A stretch of DNA of 11,144 nucleotides, from assembly GCA_046757165.1 (NCBI GenBank), contig JBHHXT010000159.1, positions 1 through 11,144 on the forward strand, written 5' to 3'. The first letter of the stretch is position 1; the number at the start of each line of letters is the position of its first letter. The notes beneath the pieces were generated by a model, which saw only the letters and a list, made by a program, of their open reading frames with translations, did not search any database and had not been told where the DNA came from. Made by a program: the position numbers and the translations under genes. This document shows, piece after piece, positions 6,404-11,144 of this stretch. This DNA comes from a bacterium. GTDB lineage: Bacteria; Zhuqueibacterota; Zhuqueibacteria; Oceanimicrobiales; Oceanimicrobiaceae.

Positions 6404-7819
6404 TTATTCAGGTTGCTCATGGCGGGGCGAGGCCAGCCCCAGTTTCTGTAGTTTTCGGTCAAGGCGAGTTCTGGAAATTCCTAGGATGTCACAGGTCTTT
6501 CGCTTATTCCAGTTCATGGTTTCGAGAACCACTTTGATGTGGTGCAACTCTGCTTCCTCCAGGCTCATTGTTTCAAGGCTCATTTCCTGCGAGGACCGTT
6601 TCGGTTGATGGTCGGGAGAGGGTTCTTTCGCGGTCACCAACAGCGGCATGTCACAGCCAATGGCTTGCTCGAGGCAGTCCCGGGTGACCACTTCACACAA
6701 GTTCAGGATGACGATACGTTCGATCGTGTGCTTCAGCTCGCGGATATTGCCAGGCCAGCAATAGCTCTTCAAAAGTTGTTCTGCCTCCGGGGTGAATTCT
6801 TTGACCGGGCTTTCATACTCCTGTGCATAGTGCTCCAAGAAGTGACGTGCCAACAAAACCACATCTTCGCCCCGTTCCCGCAACGGCGGCAGATGAACAG
6901 AAACCACATTCAAGCGATAGTAGAAATCGCTGCGGAATTGGCCTTCTCGAACGGCTTTCTGGAGATCGCGATTGGTGGCCGCAATAATCCGGGTGTTGAT
7001 CTGTATCTCCTGAGTCCCTCCCAGGCGGCGAATCCGCTTGTCTTCCAGCGCCTTCAACAACTTGACTTGCATGTTCGAACTGATTTCACCTATCTCATCC
7101 AGGAAGAGGGTGCCGTTTTGAGCGACTTCAAACAACCCTTTTTTCTGCGTTCGGGCGTCTGTGAAAGCGCCCTTTTCGTGGCCAAAAAGTTCGGATTCCA
7201 GTAGATTTTCCGGTAAAGCATTGCAATTGATCTCAACAAACGGTTGGAATCCATCATAACAATTATAGTGAATGGCGCGAGCAATCAGCTCCTTACCCGT
7301 TCCCGTTTCTCCCCGAATCAACACCGTCACCCATTTTCGTTTGATGATTTTGGAAACCATTTCCAGAACATGCTGTATGCCGGGACTTTGCCCCATGATG
7401 CTGTTGAAGTCATATTTTTCTTTCTGCCTTTGATACAGGTCATCTCCTTCTCTCAGATCCCGCCATTTTCGAAAGAGATCGGATAGCTCTTTTTGAAGTT
7501 TGTGCGGCTCTTCTTTCGTGTGGATCACTTCATGCACCCCCATTTTCATCGCTTTCACGACAACCTTCAGAGAATTCCTCTCGGTCAACCCAATGACTCT
7601 GAAGTCCCTGGAGCCATTTAACAGACGTCTCAAGAACTCAAAGAGCTGGGGCTCGACGTGATCGAAGTCGACGATGACGACCTGTGGTTTCTCATCTTTG
7701 ACGAGCGTAAGCGTCCTGTCAACATGCTGCGTGGCCAACACCACACTTTGTTCATCTTCCCAGGTGTCGAGTAGATTGAGTCTCTGGGGATTTCCCTGGA
7801 ACAGGATTTTGAATGGCAC
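6404..7819 (-). CDS. Sigma-54-dependent transcriptional activator (NtrC/AtoC family): degenerate receiver, AAA+ domain, Fis-type HTH
   Basis: Walker A GETGTGKE, ESELFGHEKGAFTDA, Walker B FLDEIG, RIIAATNRDL, FRSDFYYRLNV, WPGNIREL and a C-terminal NWNKRKTCDILGISRTRLDRKL. The GTG start is preceded by AAGGGGGAG. Confidence 0.96.
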   Translation of the reverse strand: MPFKILFQGNPQRLNLLDTWEDEQSVVLATQHVDRTLTLVKDEKPQVVIVDFDHVEPQLFEFLRRLLNGSRDFRVIGLTERNSLKVVVKAMKMGVHEVIHTKEEPHKLQKELSDLFRKWRDLREGDDLYQRQKEKYDFNSIMGQSPGIQHVLEMVSKIIKRKWVTVLIRGETGTGKELIARAIHYNCYDGFQPFVEINCNALPENLLESELFGHEKGAFTDARTQKKGLFEVAQNGTLFLDEIGEISSNMQVKLLKALEDKRIRRLGGTQEIQINTRIIAATNRDLQKAVREGQFRSDFYYRLNVVSVHLPPLRERGEDVVLLARHFLEHYAQEYESPVKEFTPEAEQLLKSYCWPGNIRELKHTIERIVILNLCEVVTRDCLEQAIGCDMPLLVTAKEPSPDHQPKRSSQEMSLETMSLEEAELHHIKVVLETMNWNKRKTCDILGISRTRLDRKLQKLGLASPRHEQPE

Positions 7820-8113
7820 TGACTCCCCCTTCTGTTAAGAACGGCGGTTATTACAGTAACAAACACGGCTCATGGGGGAATTCCCCTTGCTGGCCTGGCC
7901 CCTGCGATGATGACTTGGGATTATCCGCCCGTCCGTGAGGCTGATAAACCAGACTGTTCTCAATGACAAGTCGCTTACCGTCTGAAAAGTCGAGCTTGAT
8001 AGAGGAGTCGAAATCGTTTGCACCTGGCCACACCTGCATGGCTGCCAGGAGCGCGCGAGCTGGAACCAGAATTGAGCACAACCTAATAAATGACTTAATG
8101 AATCAGGGAGGGA

Positions 8114-8130
8114 AGCAATAGCGGTGCCAA
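8114..8130 (-). promoter_or_regulatory. Sigma-54 (-24/-12) promoter upstream of the activator gene
   Basis: Minus strand TTGGCACCGCTATTGCT is a near-perfect match to YTGGCACG-N4-TTGCW. Predicted +1 near 8103, about 285 nt before the GTG. Confidence 0.85.
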
Positions 8131-8260
8131 ACGAGTGGCCTTGCAAAAAGCGCAAGAACCGTCCTACATAACCATATCAGAAACAATATCTGCTGCACCT
8201 ATCCTGTGCCTTTTCTTTGAAAATCAGGTCCGATGATGAGCGCTCTAACCAAAACACCCT

Positions 8261-8298
8261 TGTGCAAAGAATGCGCAGCGTTGTGAAAATCCTTCACA
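8261..8298. promoter_or_regulatory. Tandem 17-bp dyads (TGT-N11-ACA type), probable enhancer
   Basis: TGTGCA-AAGAA-TGCGCA (8261-8277) and the perfect TGTGAA-AATCC-TTCACA (8282-8298). Centres are 21 bp apart, at about -166 and -187 from the predicted +1. Confidence 0.65.
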
Positions 8299-8319
8299 TG
8301 TCTCACCAAAAGCTCCGAC

Positions 8320-9900
8320 TCATCTTCTCTGATCCGCCGGAATCCACCAGCGGTGACCGTCGACCAGGAACCCTCTCACATCCATGTTGACCCCTTGAAC
8401 TCTTCGGCTGATGCCGGCCAGGTTGTCCGGGATGAACAGAAACGTGTAAGGACAATCATCCACGATGATTTGTTGAAATTGATGCCAGACGGGTTTGGCC
8501 AAAGAACGGTTTGAAAGCTTCCGGCCCGCTTCCAGGAGCGAATCAACCCGTGCATTGCGGTACGAAACAAAATTATACGCGTCTTCAATGGCCTTAGAGT
8601 GCCACAAATCCGTCGGATTGACGGTGAAATCGACGTCCCATGCCAATATCACGGCATCAAAATCTTTTTGGGCAAAGACCTGGTCGATAAACAGGTTCCA
8701 TTCGACGGACTCCACGTTGACGATGACCCCGATTTTCTGCAGTTGCGCTTGTATCATGACCGCCACATCTTTGCGCCTCTGGCTGCCGGCATTGGTCTTG
8801 ATGGAAAACTCACATCGTTGCCCGGCTTTGTCCAGGATGCCATCGCCGTCGGAGTCATCCCACCCTTCATCCTGAAGCAATTGACGCGCTTTTTGGGGGT
8901 CGTAGGTGAAATCCGGCAAGCTCTTGTCATACGCCCAGGCGAACGGCAGGAGCGGGCCTTTGCAAACTTTGGCAGACCCTGCCAACAAAGTGGCTACAAT
9001 TTCTTGCTTGTCAATCGCGTAGGTAAAAGCCTGCCGCACCCGCTTGCTGAACAGTGGTCTCGCATTATTCCAGCCCACGAAAGAAAAACTGAGGCCATCA
9101 TATTTCAAAGCGCGCGTTGAATTGTGGGACTCAACCTGCATGAAGCCTGCCGGTGTCAGGGAAGGGACAACGTCCAGGGTGCCGGTCAAGAGGTTGGTCA
9201 AGAGCACGGTTTCATCCGGAATGATCTGAAAGACCACGCGGTCCAGAAAAGGACGACCGAACGCATAGCGGGGATTGGCCTCAAAGACCACATGACGATT
9301 GCTCTTCCATTCAACCAGTCGAAACGGTCCGTTGCCCACCGGCTGCCGATTGAACTCCGATTCGCCAATTTTTTCCGGTGGGACTTTCTCGAGCACGTGT
9401 TTGGGCAAAATGGGAATCTGAGTGTCATAGAGGGCGTCGGGATACGGCTTCTTGAAATAGAAACGCACGCGATACGGGTCCAGGACTTCCACTTTGTCGG
9501 TCAGATCGAACCGGCTGCTGGCGGGATAAGCGACTTCAGGGTTGGTCGCCAGCTCATAGGTAAACAGCACGTCTTCCGCCGTCGTTTGCGGGCCATCGCT
9601 CCAGTAAACGTCTCGTCTCAGCTTGAAAGTCAGCAGCTTGCCGTCCTGCGAGAATTCCCATTTCTCCGCCAATTGAGGCACAAATTGAAGATCATCATCA
9701 AGCGCTGTCAGGCGCATGAAGAGCATGTTCTGAACAACTTGCAGCGCATCAGAATCCGAGGCATTCAGCTCGTTGAAAGAGTCGAAGTCGCCTTTCATGC
9801 CGATGAAAACCGTGCCCCCATATTGGGGTCCATCGCTCTGGCTCAAAGCCGGAAGCGGAAGGAGAATCGCAAACAAGAGGCACGATAGGATGCGCCTCAG
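8320..9900 (-). CDS. oppA: ABC transporter solute-binding protein, family 5 (oligopeptide/dipeptide/nickel; OppA/AppA-like)
   Basis: Motifs PQYGGTV, PQLAEKWEFSQDGKLLTFKLRRDVYWSDG..TAEDVLFT, PVGNGPFRLVEW, VRQAFTYAID, IQAQLQKIGV, YNFVSYRN. The symbol is family-level. The start is uncertain: the frame is open to 10155, but a Sec-type signal peptide begins at the CTG at 9900. Alternatives are TTG 9960, GTG 10029 and ATG 10146/10149. Confidence 0.92.
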   Translation of the reverse strand: MRRILSCLLFAILLPLPALSQSDGPQYGGTVFIGMKGDFDSFNELNASDSDALQVVQNMLFMRLTALDDDLQFVPQLAEKWEFSQDGKLLTFKLRRDVYWSDGPQTTAEDVLFTYELATNPEVAYPASSRFDLTDKVEVLDPYRVRFYFKKPYPDALYDTQIPILPKHVLEKVPPEKIGESEFNRQPVGNGPFRLVEWKSNRHVVFEANPRYAFGRPFLDRVVFQIIPDETVLLTNLLTGTLDVVPSLTPAGFMQVESHNSTRALKYDGLSFSFVGWNNARPLFSKRVRQAFTYAIDKQEIVATLLAGSAKVCKGPLLPFAWAYDKSLPDFTYDPQKARQLLQDEGWDDSDGDGILDKAGQRCEFSIKTNAGSQRRKDVAVMIQAQLQKIGVIVNVESVEWNLFIDQVFAQKDFDAVILAWDVDFTVNPTDLWHSKAIEDAYNFVSYRNARVDSLLEAGRKLSNRSLAKPVWHQFQQIIVDDCPYTFLFIPDNLAGISRRVQGVNMDVRGFLVDGHRWWIPADQRR

Positions 9901-9962
9901 ATGAGGCCTTCTCTTGGGAAACGTGACATAGCCGTTACAAATGCGGTCGCAAAATGGCAAAC

Positions 9963-9990
9963 TGTCATTCCGAAGTTGTGCGGGAATCTC
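9963..9990. repeat. Degenerate REP-like palindrome (GTCATTCC...GGAATC type)
   Basis: TGTCATTCCGAAGTTGTGCGGGAATCTC contains an ATTCC/GGAAT dyad and resembles the GTCATTCCCGC-N-GCGGGAATC family (Neisseria dRS3 / Rickettsia RPE-like). A partial mirror, CGGGGGATCCCG, follows near 10010-10021. Only one copy is in the window. Confidence 0.5.
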
Positions 9991-10062
9991 CCCGTGAACG
10001 TCTCCAGCTCGGGGGATCCCGGTGTTCACCCTCGCACCGCTCAGTGCCCCCGCAGGGCGAGA

Positions 10063-10094
10063 AATTCCCCTCCCGGGAAGGGTCAGGGGTGGGT
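10063..10094. repeat. REP-like palindrome (ACCCACCCCT..CCCTCCC..GAGGGGAAT type)
   Basis: Minus strand ACCCACCCCTGACCCTTCCCGGGAGGGGAATT has a CCCTTCC/GGAGGG dyad and resembles a widespread short intergenic repeat (recognised from memory). Only one copy is in the window. Confidence 0.55.
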
Positions 10095-10120
10095 CCTGCC
10101 AGGTCTCTCCAGCGGTATTT

Positions 10121-11128
10121 CTAAGCTGATGATTGGATTGTTTCATCATAACCAATTGCCCTCTTTAAGCATTTAACGCATCTGTTGTCGTCAAGAAAAA
10201 TGTCTTCAGGAATTTTGCTGCGACACGCATCTTCTGCCATAGCACATCGCGGATGGAACGTACAACCAGAGGGCAAATTCATCAAGTCTGGCACCTTGCC
10301 GGGCAGAGGTGCAAACCCCTGGCGTTGCCCATTGGAGGAGAAATTGATTCGGGGAATAGAATTCAACAACGCCTCTGTATACGGATGCAGAGGATGGGTG
10401 AAAAGCTGTTCCGTCGTGGCCTGCTCGACAATCTTGCCGGCGTACATGACTGCAACCCGGTCAGCCATTTGCGCCACGATTCCCAGATCATGCGTGATCA
10501 AAAGCAGTGAAATCTTGAATTCTTCTTTCAACTCTTGCAGCAAAGACAATATCTGGCTTTGAATAGAAACATCGAGAGCAGTGGTCGGTTCATCCGCGAC
10601 CACCAGGGCCGGCTGACAGGCCAGGGCGATAGCAATGAGCACCCGCTGTCGCAGCCCGCCGCTCAGTTGATGCGGATAAGCATGATAAAGCTGTTCACCG
10701 TTCGGCAGCTGCACTTTTTTCATCAGCTCCAGGGTGCGGTGTTTTGCGCCCGCGCGATTGACGGAAAAATGATGGCGGAAGATTTCAGCAATCTGTTCAC
10801 CGACGCGCATGACGGGATTCAACGCCGACAACGCATCCTGGAGCACAAACCCGATCTCCTTGCCCCGGATGGACGACATCTGTTTCTCGGGCAGTGTCAG
10901 CAGGTTGCTGCCACGGAATTCGATAGCTCCCGCCACAATTCGACCGGGCGGCGGAACCAGCCTGAAAATAGAAAGGACGGTCACCGTCTTGCCGCTGCCG
11001 GACTCGCCCACCAGGGCCAGCGTCTCTCCGGGGTTGATTTCCAGGTCCACGCCATCCACGGCTCTTAGCGTGCCCTCTTTCTTGAAGAAATAGGTCTTCA
11101 AAGATCTTATTTTGAGCAGCGGTTTCAT
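10121..11128 (-). CDS. oppD: Oligopeptide/dipeptide ABC transporter ATP-binding protein (OppD/DppD family)
   Basis: Walker A GESGSGKT, YPHQLSGGLRQR, Walker B ADEPTTALD, ITHDLG, and a C-terminal HPYT...GCTFHPRC...C...C oligo_HPY extension. The symbol is family-level. Confidence 0.96.
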   Translation of the reverse strand: MKPLLKIRSLKTYFFKKEGTLRAVDGVDLEINPGETLALVGESGSGKTVTVLSIFRLVPPPGRIVAGAIEFRGSNLLTLPEKQMSSIRGKEIGFVLQDALSALNPVMRVGEQIAEIFRHHFSVNRAGAKHRTLELMKKVQLPNGEQLYHAYPHQLSGGLRQRVLIAIALACQPALVVADEPTTALDVSIQSQILSLLQELKEEFKISLLLITHDLGIVAQMADRVAVMYAGKIVEQATTEQLFTHPLHPYTEALLNSIPRINFSSNGQRQGFAPLPGKVPDLMNLPSGCTFHPRCAMAEDACRSKIPEDIFLDDNRCVKCLKRAIGYDETIQSSA

Positions 11129-11144
11129 GGGCTAAGAGATCCTA

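Noticed and set aside
7155..7172. GAFTDA instead of GAFTGA as a sign of a sigma-54-independent activator
   Set aside because: The critical F and T are intact, this variant is common in the family, and sigma-54 promoters flank the gene.
7835..8155. 106-aa minus-strand ORF
   Set aside because: It spans the sigma-54 promoter and has no ribosome-binding site or recognisable motif.
8282..8298. CRP site
   Set aside because: The spacing is TGTGA-N7-TCACA, not the N6 required for CRP; it is better read as an enhancer dyad.

Overview
All credible genes lie on the minus strand. In transcription order (right to left) they are: an oligopeptide/dipeptide ABC ATPase (OppD/DppD family), a family-5 periplasmic solute-binding protein (OppA/AppA-like), a sigma-54 enhancer-binding protein with a degenerate receiver domain, a lipoprotein with a ZU5-like domain ending in an HFS motif, a stand-alone TPR protein, and three coupled glycosyltransferases (one COG4671/GT28-like, two GT4 AmsK/WcaL-like, the last cut by the window edge). 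The intergenic DNA is signal-rich. It holds two sigma-54 -24/-12 promoters, each with its own pair of upstream dyads, a ~158-nt rod-like inverted repeat and a c-di-GMP-I-like remnant ahead of the glycosyltransferases, a structured lipoprotein leader, and two REP-like palindromes. The most interesting hypothesis (inference only) is a peptide-signalling circuit: a self-cleaving lipoprotein, a peptide importer, a TPR receptor and a kinase-less sigma-54 activator controlling glycan synthesis. The signal peptides suggest a diderm bacterium, but the taxon cannot be fixed from this window. No database searches were run.
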